DNA of 63,230 nucleotides, the filler included, from Chiloscyllium plagiosum (taxonomy: Eukaryota), in assembly GCF_004010195.1 (NCBI RefSeq). It is 8 parts of 8 records of this genome, joined end to end, with 100 filler letters (N's around TTAATTAATTAA, not from the genome) between each part and the next. Parts side by side here need not be neighbours in the genome. Positions count along the whole stretch, not along the records: positions 1 to 10,767 come from NW_025209345.1; positions 10,868 to 13,523 come from NW_025183464.1; 6 more parts are not named here. One strand, given 5' to 3'. Position 1 is the stretch's first letter. Each line of letters starts with the position of its first letter. The position numbers and the translations under genes were made by a program. The notes below the pieces were generated by a model that saw nothing but the letters and a program-made list of their open reading frames with translations, did no database searches and was not told the origin of the DNA. Shown piece by piece: positions 1-11,458 of the stretch.

Positions 1-1011
1 TACTCTGTTTGGAGGAATATTCCGCATTTCGCTTGCACTTCATCTTCACATTCATGATTTAGTTTATTCTGTTGGTAAGCATAATATATTAATGGACCAT
101 TGCTCTGAGTTGTATCTCATCCACCCCATTAACTGCGTCATGGTATATATGATTTGTAAGAAGTTACCTTCTCCTTCTCTGCTTCTCAGAGAAAAGAGAC
201 CTGGCGAAAACATTCAATTTTGGGCCTCCAAAGCTTTATGAGGAACCGAATGCTGCATATTAAAGGAAATGTCTTGATTGAATTATTTCTCCTTGTGGCA
301 GTGCTAGTAACTGAGACCTTAATCTCAAACTGTGACGATTGTGTAGACTTTTCAGCCCAGAGTATATTGCACTGGATGTCTATCCTGTAACAATTCTATA
401 TGTTCAAATTAGATGACTTTTCTTTATTTTAACCGCGATGGAATGTAGCTGACGGAGACGGTATGATGAATCAGAGCTGCACTTGCTCCAAAACAAACCA
501 ATTGGAGAGGAAACATTAATCCATCAGACCGGTCCTTCACAATATAAAACTCACCAAATATTTTTGTCAGGGTTAAACCTTCGACGATGTCGTGGAAATT
601 GTCACCTAAGCGTTTTCCTTTTGAGGAATCGTTTCTTGCTGGTTGAAAATGAGCAAACGCCAATTTTGAATCTGTACCCTTATGCAGCTAAAATATAGCA
701 AACTTAAATCTCAAAAGGGCTACTTTGACGAAAAGTGTTTACAATTCCAAATTTCAGTCTGAGGTTGGAAAACTGAGGAAATTGTTCATTGTGTACAGAC
801 GCATATGTATGCAATGGAAAGAAATAAAAAAGACAATAATTCCTATCACCAGCCAGAGGTAATTCCTGGAGTTACCTCAGTTTCAGTGTTCTCAGTTTCC
901 ACACTTTCTACCATACTGGTGTGACCCCAACATTGACTTGCTAAAAATACTCCAGATCAGTGAAACCACCGACCCAGGACAGATTTTGATACATACATTC
1001 TTTTGGTAAAG

Positions 1012-1142
1012 GAGGAGAAAGTGAGGACTGGAGATGCTAGAGATCAGAATCGAGAGCGCGGTGCTGGAAAAGCACAGCAAGTCAGGAAGCATCAGAACAG
1101 CAGGAACATCGGCGATGAAAGGCTTATGCCCGAAACATCGAT
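1012..1142. mobile_element. Penelope-like terminal-repeat fragment
   Basis: Matches the repeat family at 6791-7030; degenerate GATGAAAGGCTTATGCCCGAAAC core. Confidence 0.6.
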
Positions 1143-1344
1143 GTAATTTTTCAATACCACAACCTCGATTCTTTTGGGAAAGTCAGGACTCGAGTTCGTT
1201 ATTCTCCCAAAAAATTTGGAAAATGTTACAACAAGTTTACTTCCAAAAGGTTTGTTTTGAATTTCTTTGCAACTGAAGTTCAAAATATTAAACCGAACAT
1301 TAGTGAACATAGTCTATAACGAGTCGGAGTGCAGAGTAACTTAC

Positions 1345-1394
1345 CAGGTGTGACAGTCACCACCGTCCCGGATCCATCAACATAGTCATAATAC
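1345..1394 (-). CDS. J segment, NAR-type (YYDYVDGSGTVVTVTP)
   Basis: GxGT-x-V-T-V motif with D in place of F/W, GTAAGT donor, preceded by a 23-RSS. Confidence 0.85.
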
Positions 1395-1433
1395 CACAGC
1401 AATACTCCTCTTAGTCTCCCCTGCACAAGAACC
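1395..1433 (-). other. 23-RSS of J segment
   Basis: GGTTCTTGT - 23 nt - TGCTGTG immediately before J. Confidence 0.85.
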
Positions 1434-1744
1434 AACGGTACCTCACAGAGCCCAGAAATCATCAGCGCGCTATTGAGCACCCTAATTATTCAGAGCCTTT
1501 GGATAAATTGGCAATATTCCTTGTGGCCAAGTTTCCTTTGGCTCATGTTAATTTCCTGGTCTTTTGTCAAATGGCACATGAACGTGGGAGTCAAGTGTTC
1601 TCTTCATATAAGCAGAGAAGAACCTAACAAAGAAATTAGTGCTTGCTCGAGTGAGTAAAAATATCAACTTACATTACAGTGAAGGGAACTTCAAGCCGAC
1701 AATTGACAATTGGCGCTGGAGAAATTGTATTAAAATTGCACAGA

Positions 1745-1816
1745 GGTATTTGGTTAGGCTCCTTTCATTGTGTCTGTTGCCAGTTTGACACAATGTTCCA
1801 AATCAGTTTAAAACTT
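1745..1816 (-). other. D segment (1773-1788, TCAAACTGGCAACAGA) flanked by two 12-RSSs
   Basis: Plus strand: GGTATTTGG-12-CATTGTG [16 nt] CACAATG-12-TTAAAACTT; lies midway between V and J. The V-facing nonamer is degenerate. Confidence 0.75.
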
Positions 1817-2133
1817 TCCAGGACCAGTTGAGACTTTGGACTTGACAGGTGGACTTTAATTCCTGACTCCAGCTGTTAGAATAGGATTGCGACTCGTGTC
1901 AATATCCTGTAATTGTGATCAATCATTCCTAACTTCTATTCAGCCACAGAAATCCCGACAAAGGACTTACCATCCGAACACACTTGGCATCTGTGAAACT
2001 CATCTTGTTATTGACAATAATCCAGTAGAAATGTAAATTGGACTACGGAGCAGAAATTAAAAGGCAGAGCTGTGCGAATTTCTGGGCAGATTGGCTTGGT
2101 TTTCAATTTATTTCTGGAATAATCTCCTGTGAG

Positions 2134-2172
2134 AGTTTTTGAGCGACGGGAAGCGGAGGCCATCACATTGTG
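2134..2172 (-). other. 23-RSS of V segment
   Basis: CACAATG - 23 nt - TCAAAAACT on the minus strand. Confidence 0.9.
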
Positions 2173-2466
2173 CATCGTACCAGTATCGAGCTTTACAGTA
2201 ATAGGTGGCGGTGTCTTCAACTCTGACATCCCGAATTTCCAACGAAAATGTCTTTTGAGCTTTATCCGTGGACAGAACAAATCTCCTGCCGCCGGAGATC
2301 CCCTCCCATTCTGTCGCTGCCTGCGTTTGTTTGAAGAATTGCCCACTCTCAAAATAATTATAGTAATTCCAATGATATTCATCAAAAACACAGGTGATGG
2401 TGAGGGACTCACACTCGTTCTTGGAAACACTTAAAGGACTCTGTGTCACTGACTGACTGAACAAAC
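2173..2466 (-). CDS. V gene segment, NAR-TCR V (IgNAR-related TCR delta N-terminal V) most likely
   Basis: TTTGCAG acceptor; LFSQSVTQSPLSVSKNECESLTITCVF...FSLEIRDVRVEDTATYYCKARYWYD. NAR-like shortened CDR2 region, extra Cys in the A-B loop (KNECES), followed by a 23-RSS. Confidence 0.8.
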
Positions 2467-2616
2467 CTGCAAATTAAACAAAGAGAGGTAAGTGGGCCAT
2501 AGATCTAACGCACACAACGCGGTTCAAACCCCGGACCCTGCCTGTAATTCGAATGAACTTGAGCAAGAGTGTAGTTTTTCAATCACATCATGTTGCTTTC
2601 TGTGATTGGTACTCAC

Positions 2617-2659
2617 AGGGTAAACAGAGACACAGGATCAAACCAAGGAGGGCACCCAT
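2617..2659 (-). CDS. Leader exon of NAR-TCR-like V gene (MGALLGLILCLCLP)
   Basis: ATG at 2659, hydrophobic 14 codons + 1 nt, then GTGAGT donor; phase 1 matches the V-exon acceptor at 2467. Confidence 0.85.
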
Positions 2660-3369
2660 CGTTCCCTAGCCGCGAGCTGATGGTTTTTGATGATGGGGAA
2701 TGACAGATTATTCTGGCAGATCCGATCGTGACCTGCACCTTATTATGAGATAGGAATGGAGTTGATTTGCAGGCAGAGTCAGTGAGGTGATTGATGGGCC
2801 GAATGGATTCAAGTTCTCTGTACTTTCGTTGTCTGATTAAGTGGTAGGCTTTCAGAGGGAACTTCCCGTTTTATGTGACTTCACCAGCTCTTTGAGCTGG
2901 ATTTGTAATCCCCTCCCACATTTGCCCAATGCACAGGGTTCGGGGGTGGGGTTAAAGGTGGAGACATTTTCTGTCAGTGATCGCTTCATCCCTCCTTGGC
3001 CCCGCGGAAATGAGCATGGTATGCGGCCCGTGTTTCTATTGGGTCATATGTGTTCAGCAAAGAATGTGAAGCTGCGATACTGGAAGAACTCAAAAGCAAA
3101 ATTCTCCACTCCCGCATCTTCAGCACTATTTTCTTTTGTTTCCTGCCCATCCCCGTCTTCATTGTAAATCAACAGTGCTGGAGGTGTTTAATGCTGAGCA
3201 CGTCAGCAGGACCTCAGTCAAACATTTGATCTCGAGAACTGTACCTCAACTTCTGCAGTTTCGCTCAGTCTTAAACTGAGAACCGGATTACAAATTGATT
3301 TATTCCTGTGAGAATGTTGTGGTGAATATATTTAATTGCAAACTTTCCCAGACTTTTGTACAAACAGTT

Positions 3370-3505
3370 CAGGTTGTAACTTTGCTGACTGAGCTGGTAT
3401 GTTTGTTCTTGGACGTTTCGTCACCATGCTGGGTAACAGCATGGTGACGAAGCATCTGAGCAAACTCATGATCGGAATCTTAACCTGAGGTACAAATCTT
3501 CACAA
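3370..3505. mobile_element. Palindromic Penelope-like repeat remnant
   Basis: GACGTTTCGTCACCATGCT-GGGTAAC-AGCATGGTGACGAAGCATC hairpin; related to the repeat at 56790-56870. Confidence 0.55.
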
Positions 3506-6269
3506 AAGTCGCGAACAAACAGTTTCTCCAATTCCTTTCTGACTGTTGATATAATTTATCCCTAGAAAGGTATTCGAAATTTGAATTAGATTATTACCCA
3601 TTCTTTGAAACTGTAAAGAATACAGATCGAGCGTCCTCCACGGACCATCCAATCTTTCCAGTAATTAGTCTGAAATAGGGGTTAGTGCTGGTGGTGGGAG
3701 GTGTCCATTCTGAAGGATACTCATCTGAGTCTTTTTTAGAAACTAACGATGTGAGCTTTCCTCAGAATGTCCACGTCTGTCCAACTTTTAATTTTACTGA
3801 TTTTTTTTTTCTTTTTCCCTTGAACCACTGCTAAAACTTTGTCTGGATGTAGCACTGAGGTCCAAATGATTCGAAGTATGTTAACGTGAATCCCTGTGCT
3901 TCCACAGATTGGATTCAGCTGTCGCTCAGTTTGTAACATAACAATTAAAAAGTAGCTTTGATGCCCTTTATTAAAACAGGACATTTGGAGAAACTCAGCG
4001 GCACTGTCAGTATTTACACAGATAGAAACTGTTATTGCTCTGGTTTGAAGACTCACATTTGGGACGTACTGTACAGATGCTGCCAGACCTGATGAGTTTC
4101 GCCAACATTTGAATGCCATTATTTCAAATCTCCAGTATCCACGGTAGTTTGAGCTATGGTCCCATGGACAGAGAACACCGTCTCCAAATACTTTTCATCG
4201 CCGATTTTGGAAACCCTACCATTGGTGACTGTACCTTGCGCTGCCTGAATCCTAAAATCAGAAATTCACCCCCGGAATGTTTGAAAACCTTTTACTCCAT
4301 TTTCCTCCGTAATAACACGCCTTGCAACTGATTACATTGGCCAAGCTTTTGATCATGTGACTTTAAATGGCCGAAAGCTTCTGTGAAATTCGGAGACTCT
4401 TCATTACATTAAACCCGAGTCATTAAGTTGTAGCATTTCAGTGAGTCCTAGACACTGACTGCGTCAAACAGGCGGTACCAATGTAAGTCACACGAGTCAA
4501 CATTTTAATACAGAGCTGGAAATAAGTTAGTCCTGAATCCACTGAATTATTCCTGTTCTTTGGATCAAGTAACTGCCTTCGGTTTGAATTATAACAGCGC
4601 TACGTCCTCTGGATCTACTGTAATATTCCTGCTGTCTGGATCAAATTCTTTGCAGCAGTAGCGGGAGCAACAATAGTGAGAAACAGGGGGCTGCCGGGAA
4701 GAGAAATTAATTGTTCAAAAGCTCACCATGTGGGATCAGTGGTCTACATTTTTTGCAACTGCAGCGGGGAGAGCGGGAGCGAGGACCAGGGGACTGGTGG
4801 GAAAGCAAGTTAATCCTTTCAAAACTTACCTCGTGATTCGGCAGAGCGCAAGCTGAGCGGGAGCGGATACAGGACAGCTGAGCAAATGAGGCAACATATT
4901 TAGGTGGCTGCTTTACTTCAGTCGTGTCTCCCACCCATTCTCCTGCTCTAACCAAAACCAAAATGTTCTGAGCGCCGATTTGGAAAGGTAACTAGTTCTT
5001 CTATATATAGTTTGTTTGGGACTGGATGGTTGGGCATTCGAATGATCCTTCTCAAGAATGTGGGAGGTAATGATCACCACCAGTGTCCCCACTGACTTCG
5101 TCTGCGGGAAGGCACCCAACTCCAGCTGCTTGGAAACGGCATTAGGGAATTTGAGCAGGAACTGATGGTCTTCGGAACTTTCAGGAGGCTGTGGGTGCAA
5201 TTGAGATTAGTTACAGGGATGTTCAGGAAAATGGTAGATTGGTGACAGTTCAGGGACGGAGAGGGAACATGTAGACAGTGCAGAGATATCCTTTTTCCGT
5301 TTACTTCAATGACAAGTAGACCGTTTTGGATACTATTGGGGGGGATAACTTACCAATGGTAAGCCATGGGGACAGGTCTCTGGGACAGAGTCTGTCCCGG
5401 TAGTTCAGAAGGGAAAGGGGAAGAGGACGAGGAAGAGGAAGAGAACATTAGTCATTAGGGTCTCCATAGTTAGTGGGACAGAAAGTAGATTTTGTGTGAT
5501 TGTGACAATCTTATGGTTGGTGTGTTACCTCCCAACTGCTAGCACCAGGGATGTTCAGATCATGTTTTCGGTATCTTTCAGGAGGGGCTAGCATCCCCAA
5601 ATCGTGATCTACAGGACGACCAACAACATCGGCAGGAAAAATGATGTGGATGTAAGGCAGAAATTCAAGGTGCTCGGCTGGAAAACTTAGAGCGATAATA
5701 AACACAGTTGTTATCTCTGGCTTGTTATGCGTACCACAGCCTAGCATGGTGAGGAACAGGGATAGAAAGCAGTTGAACATGCGGCGAGAGGGATGGTGCA
5801 GGAGGGAGGGATTCATCGATCTGGATAATAGGGCCACATGTAAAAACAAGATGGACTGCACCTGAACCAGAGGGGTACCAGTATATGGGTTGGTGCTGGA
5901 TTTGCTGATGCTCTTCAGAACATTTAAGCTAATTCAGCAGGGGGATAGGAACCTGAATATTGGCTCCCGTGTTCAGGAGGCTTAGTGTAGTGAGGTCATG
6001 TGTAAGGTGTCAAGTCACAGGAATGTACCAGCAAGTGGGACGGTGATTTGTCGTGTGTTTACTTGATCATGAGGAGCATCAGGAATAACGTTTGTGACAT
6101 TGCAGCATGGGTTGGCACCTGGGACTTAGATTTTGCAGGCATTTCGGAGACATGGACAGAGCAGTGGCACGAACGATTGTTGTAGTTTCTGGCATTTAGA
6201 TGCTTCAGTAAGATGAGAGAAGGTGGTAAAAGAGGGAAGTTGTGGACAAAGGACGTTTGATGAGGACGT

Positions 6270-6472
6270 CAGATACTGGCGATCAGAGTCGAGAGTGTGG
6301 TGCTGGAAAAGCACACCAGGTCAGGCAGCATTCCTGAAGCAGGAGAATCGATGTTTCGGGCATAAACCCTTAATAAGCAATGGGCTGAAGAAGGGTTTAT
6401 GCCCAGAGGTTTATTCTCCCGATCCTTGGATGCTGCCAGACCTGCTGTGGTTTTCCAGCATTATACTCTCGA
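6270..6472. mobile_element. Palindromic Penelope-derived element
   Basis: Arms TGCTGGAAAAGCACACCAGGTCAGGCAGCAT / ATGCTGCCAGACCTGCTGTGGTTTTCCAGCA in inverted orientation. Confidence 0.7.
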
Positions 6473-6790
6473 CAGTATGTATATAGGCCAACAAGAGGCA
6501 AAGCCACACTGGGTTTGTCACAGGGTACGGAACCAGGCCAGATATTAGTTTTGAAGGTTGATAAGCACTTTTGAGATAGTGACCATAATTCAGTTACGTT
6601 TATTTTAGTGATGTAAAGCGATAATAATTTACTGTAGGGCAAGAGTCTTTGCCGAAGGAAGGCAATTATGAGGCGATAAAGCAAGGTTTAGGATGCATAG
6701 GACGAGGAAAGAAACTGCAGGGGGTGCGCACAACTGAAATGTGGAGCACGCTCAAGGAATAACTATTGCTTGTCCTTGGTAATTATCTAA

Positions 6791-7030
6791 CTAGGAGAAA
6801 GTGAGGACTGCAGTTTCTGGAGGCCAGAGCTGAAAAATGTGTTGCTGGAAAAGCGAGCAGGTCAAGCAGCATCCAAGGAGCAGGAGAATCAACGTTTCGG
6901 GCATAAGGCCTTCTTCAGGAATGGCTTCAGGATTCCTGAAGAAGGGCTTATGCCCGAAACGTCGATTCTCCTGCTCCTTGGATGCTGCCTGACCTGCTGC
7001 ACTTTTCCAGCAGCACACTTTTCAGCTCTA
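6791..7030. mobile_element. Palindromic Penelope-derived element with two hammerhead-like cores
   Basis: About 95-bp inverted arms around a short centre at ~6920-6935; a core on each strand. Confidence 0.75.
6936..6963 (+). ncRNA. Minimal hammerhead ribozyme-like motif
   Basis: CTGAAGA-A-GGGC-TTAT-GCCC-GAAA-CG-TC: CUGANGA core, helix II, GAAA, palindromic ACGU helix III, UH site. Helix I is weak. Confidence 0.6.
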
Positions 7031-7404
7031 ATTATGTAACTGTCAGGCAGAGGGGAAATGGTCAAGAGACTGAACCGTGGTTTACTAAGGAAGTTGAATT
7101 TCTTTTCAAGAGGAAGAAGAAGGCTTATGGAAAGATGAGACTTGAAGGTTCAGCCCGAGCACTTTAGAAATACATGTTAGCCAGGAAAGACCTAAACAGA
7201 GAGCTAAGAAGAGCCAGGAGGGGACATGAACCATCTTTGATCACGGAAGGCCATAAAGCTTTCGATAAGTATGTCAGAAATAAAAGCCTGACGAGACTAA
7301 CGTTAGGGCCAATCAAGGGCAGTAGTAGTAAGTTGTGTGTGGAGTCCAAAGAGACAGGAGAGACCGAAAATGAATATTTTTCGTCAGTATTTACACAGGA
7401 AAAT

Positions 7405-7595
7405 GGGCGGCACGGTGGCGCAGTGGTTAGCACTGGTGCCTCACAGCGCCAGAGACCAGGGTTCAATTCCCGCCTCAGGCGACTGACTGTGTGGAGTTTG
7501 CACATTCTCCCCGTGTCTGCGTGGGTTTCCTCCGGGTGCTCCGGTTTCCTCCCACAGTCCAAAGATGTGCAGGTCAGGTGAATTGGCCATGCTAA
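7405..7595 (+). mobile_element. HE1-like tRNA-derived V-SINE
   Basis: GGTGGCGCAGTGGTTAGCACT A box, GGGTTCAATTCC B box, V-domain TGTGTGGAGTTTGCACATTCTCCCCGTGTCTGCGTGGGTTTCC. Confidence 0.85.
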
Positions 7596-7610
7596 GGGCG
7601 TTACTTTAAA

Positions 7611-10460
7611 CTAATATAGCCCAGTTGTGGTTAAAAATGCAGAAGTTCCTTTCGCCAACTCTGACAAAGGTATCTTCCAGTAATCACGCATTACGTCCAA
7701 CTTGGTGATGTAACTGGCTTGTCCGACTTTCTCGATATAGTCCTCCAATCTAGGAATTTGATATGAGTCCGAATTTATAATGGCGTTGACCTTCTGATAA
7801 TCCACGCAGAGCTGTTGAGTCCCATCCGGATTGGGAACGAAGAAGATCAGTGAACCCCGTTCGCTCTGGCTTGGTTCGATGATGGCTTCATCAAGTAAGG
7901 CCTTTACCCCTTTCTGAACCTGTCTGGCTTTGAAAGGATTAAGCCGATAGAGGTGTTGTTTTATTGGAGTAGTTTTTCCTCTATCTACTTCATGTACAAT
8001 AGCATTAGTCCTCCCCATCTGATTCTTACATATGTCCGTGTATTGCAGTAACAAATCTTTCAACTTAATTCTATGCTCGTGAGACAGATAGCTTACTAAC
8101 TAACTCCACGCCTGAAGGACTTCTTCATGTTTTAATCTATTTTGAGGCACTTCAAAACCCATATCATCTGGATTTGATTCCTCTCTCTGGGGGTAGTAAC
8201 AAACACCTGTTTCTCAAATTCTTTCTCTCCAGGGTAATAGGGTTTAAACATGTTCACATGACATACCCAATACGTCTCTCTTTCTATCTGGCATCTTTAC
8301 TAAATAGTTCGCCTGAGTCAACTTTTTCTCAATTTGATAGGGACCACTAAACTTGGCTTTGAAGGGACCTCCTATGACTGGTTACATTATTAATACGTTT
8401 TCCCCTCAGGAAATCTTTCGAGTCTCAGAGCTTTTATTTGCCACCTGCTTCTTTCTAAACTGTGCCCTTTACAGGTGCTGTTTGCGTTACTCATCTAAAC
8501 TCAGATTAATCTCTCTGTCCCCTCTGATAAGTAATCTAAATGTGAGATCTCCGACTTTGGTCCGGCCAATTTTTATTTAAGGGCTTCTGACTTCATGACC
8601 GAATATTCACTCAAAGGGAGTAAACTGAGTCGATTCGTTTGGGGCACCACTAATGGGAAACAATAGCAATGGGATGCATTTATCCCAATCATTCGGGTAA
8701 TCCTCTCAACATGGTCTCCAAGGTCTGATGCCAACTTTCTAAAGCTCATTAGGATTCAGGATGATACGCACTGGATTTAAAGTGTTGTACACCTAAGCTA
8801 TCCATAACCTCCTTAATCAGCCTAGCAGTAAACCTTGACCCTTGGTACGACTGAATCTCTTTGGGTATACCATACCGTGTGAAGAAAGCTAATAACTCTT
8901 TTACTACCCTTTTTGCCTTCATACTCCATAATGCAATTGCCGCCAGTGATCTGGTAGACACATATAGTATAGTTAACATGTACTGGTCCACAGTATTAGT
9001 ACACGAGAGGGGACCTAGACAATCAATTATAACACACGTGAATGGTTCTTCAAGTGGGGAAATTGGCAACTAAGTTTCTGGTTTTATTACTGCCTGTGGT
9101 TTAAATACCATTTGGCATGGATGACACGTACGTCAAAATTTAACCACATCCTTGTGCGTTCCAGTCCAATAACAATGTTTTTGCACTTAGCCTGTATCTT
9201 TCGTACCCAGGTGACATCCTACGGGTAGTTCATGTGTTACCCATAACACCTCCTGTCTGTATACTACCGACAACACAATCTGATGCACTGTAGCCCATTC
9301 CCCTCTCCAATAACGAGAGGTCATGCTTTCAAAGTGAGAGGTGAACGCGTTGCCAGCAGAGGTGGTAGAGGCAGGCACGGTAGATTCATTTAAGATGCGT
9401 CTGGACATATGTATGAGTAGGTGGGGAGCAGAGGGATACTAATGTTTAGGAATTGACCGACAGGTTTAGACAGTACATTTGGATCGGCTCAGGCTTGGAG
9501 AGCCAAGGGGCCTGTTCCTGGGCTGTAAATTTTCTTTGTACTTTGTTCTTTGTTCCTTCATCATTCGCTTTAGTTTTCACTTTGTGCTGTGACGTGTGAT
9601 CGCGGGATTTGTTTACCACGCAGTCTGAGAAAATACCAGGATATTTCTGTTTTAACTCCTCAGTTTCTTGGTCTTCCGTGGGCTTCTCCACAACAAGGGG
9701 TGTCCCTCCCCCCTTGGGATCCTGCCAAATCATTCCCAAGAACAAACTGAATTCCTGGAACTGACACTCTGTCAATCAATCCCACTGCAACTTCCCCAGA
9801 CGTAAGCTGGCACTTTAACTTGACTTTACACAGGGTAACGCTAAGTTTCTGCCCCTCTATCCCACAAATTAACACACTGTCGGGGAACAGAGCAGAAATA
9901 GGACATATTCGCTCATTCCTTACTATCAGCGACTGTTCAGATCCTATAATTGCTGAAATTCTAACTTCTTGTCCTTCTTCCCCTGTGTTTTCTGCGTAAA
10001 CCTCAACACAGAGGCATATTCTTTGGAAAGATCAGGTACTACCTCTATACCCAGCCCCATCTAGACTGTGCACTCTCCTGTAGCTCCTCGGCTCTTCTTG
10101 GAGTCTCCTTTACTTCCTTCACTAATGCCACTGACTTAGCTTATTTTACCACATCTTTCCCACAGCGCCTTTCTTTAATGAGCAGCACTGTGTCTTCAGG
10201 TGTCCCACCTTACCACAGTGGCAACACCTGAGGCCTTTCACCTCCTTTCCAACCTCTGGTTAAAACATAGATTTAAACATGAAGAAGTCCTTCAGGCGTG
10301 GGGTTAGTTAGTAAGCTATCTGTCTCACGAGCATAGAATTCAGTTGAAAGATTTGTTACTGCAATACACAGACATACACAGACAATACACACATTTTTAT
10401 CCTGTGGTAAACGCTTTCCAGTGCTCTGTACTCTTGGTTTAGTAGTGTAGTATCTCACCT
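7611..10460 (-). mobile_element. Degenerate Gypsy LTR retrotransposon, Gmr1-like (gag-PR-IN-RT order)
   Basis: On the minus strand: gag knuckle CCHCGKVGH (~10230), protease region (~9660-9960), integrase (8749-9250; PFTCVIIDCLGPL...SAYHPES; GPY ~8340), then RT (PIKQHLYRLNP...CVDYQKVN...KLD, 7611-8063). Confidence 0.8.
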
Positions 10461-10599
10461 TATTCCAACTTGTATCCCTCTCAGGACAAAGCTCTGTCCA
10501 GAGCTTGTCCTATGCCACAATATGTTTTGTAGATAAAATTTCCCCTTACCAGGCAACATTCCCCTTACCAGGCAACAGTGACGTTATAACCTACGCGAG

Positions 10600-10767
10600 C
10601 ACAACGCCGCATGTGTCTCCGCCCCCACGCCGATATCCGTCACCACGCCTAACCCCGCCCCCACGCCGATCTCTGTCACCACGCGTAACCCCGCCCCCAC
10701 TCCGCCCTCCGTCCCCGCCCCGATTCCTGCCCCTACGCCTAACCCCATGCAGCCCTCCACTTGCCCC
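10600..10767. repeat. GC-rich minisatellite at contig end
   Basis: Imperfect ~39-bp units containing CCCCGCCCCCACGCCGAT and CACCACGC. Confidence 0.7.
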
Positions 10768-11458
10768 NNNNNNNNNNNNNNNNNNNNNNNNNNNNNNNNN
10801 NNNNNNNNNNNTTAATTAATTAANNNNNNNNNNNNNNNNNNNNNNNNNNNNNNNNNNNNNNNNNNNNTCCCAGTAGCTCTGGCCATTTCCAAAGCACACA
10901 AGGGACAGAGACTGAATCTTCTTGATCTTTATTCCTTTTTCCAAATTTACATTGACAGAAAACAGACTGCAATTAACAGCCCAGACAGAGGAAGCTGCTC
11001 AAATTCACAGCCATAATGGAGCTTGAGGAAAACACTTGTGGAGATTTTCTCAATGACATAAGAATCCTGTCCCTTTAAGTAGTGACAGAAGCTTAAATTC
11101 GAACTGGTGGCTGAGCAGGAAGGAGATCTGGTTTACTGAAGCAGAGATTTCAGAGGTTCACATTGTTTGTACAGCTGACAGTTTTCAGCATCTTCGAGAG
11201 GTTTTACTTGGCATCACAAGTCATCACTGTCCCCATAAAACACTCCCAGGACAGGGTCAGCACTAGGTTTCATACAGAGTAAAGCTTCCTTTTGATGATC
11301 CCAATGACCTGCCTTAACCCTTGAACCTCAGCAATGTCACCGAGCCAATCCCAAGAAGGAAGAGAGTTGAAATTCAGTGCTGACAATGATCTTTGTCCTG
11401 CCAGCTCAGCCCTGTTCTATTTAAAGTTGTGTCTCCTCTGTGGACTGTCTCAAACACT

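Larger units (their letters stand above)
4980..7404 (+). mobile_element. Degenerate CR1-type LINE (ORF1 Zn-finger/esterase, ORF2 endonuclease fragments)
   Basis: Remnants such as MWEV..DFVCGK, DGLHLNQRG, PWFTKEVE, NEYFSSVFTQE; many stops and frameshifts; interrupted by other repeats. Confidence 0.75.

Noticed and set aside
424-663. Supporting Vdelta or another exon downstream of the NAR-TCR J
   Set aside because: A GTGAGT donor-like site is present near 550, but no Ig V motifs or RSS were found.
1345-2659. IgNAR cluster
   Set aside because: Only one free D found and an A-B loop Cys is present; NAR-TCR fits better, though IgNAR is not formally excluded.
7405-7475. tRNA gene
   Set aside because: tRNA-like A/B boxes are the head of a V-SINE repeated many times in the window.
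10768-10867. Recurrent TTAATTAATTAA palindrome
   Set aside because: Always centred in identical 100-bp N blocks; a synthetic contig linker, not biology.
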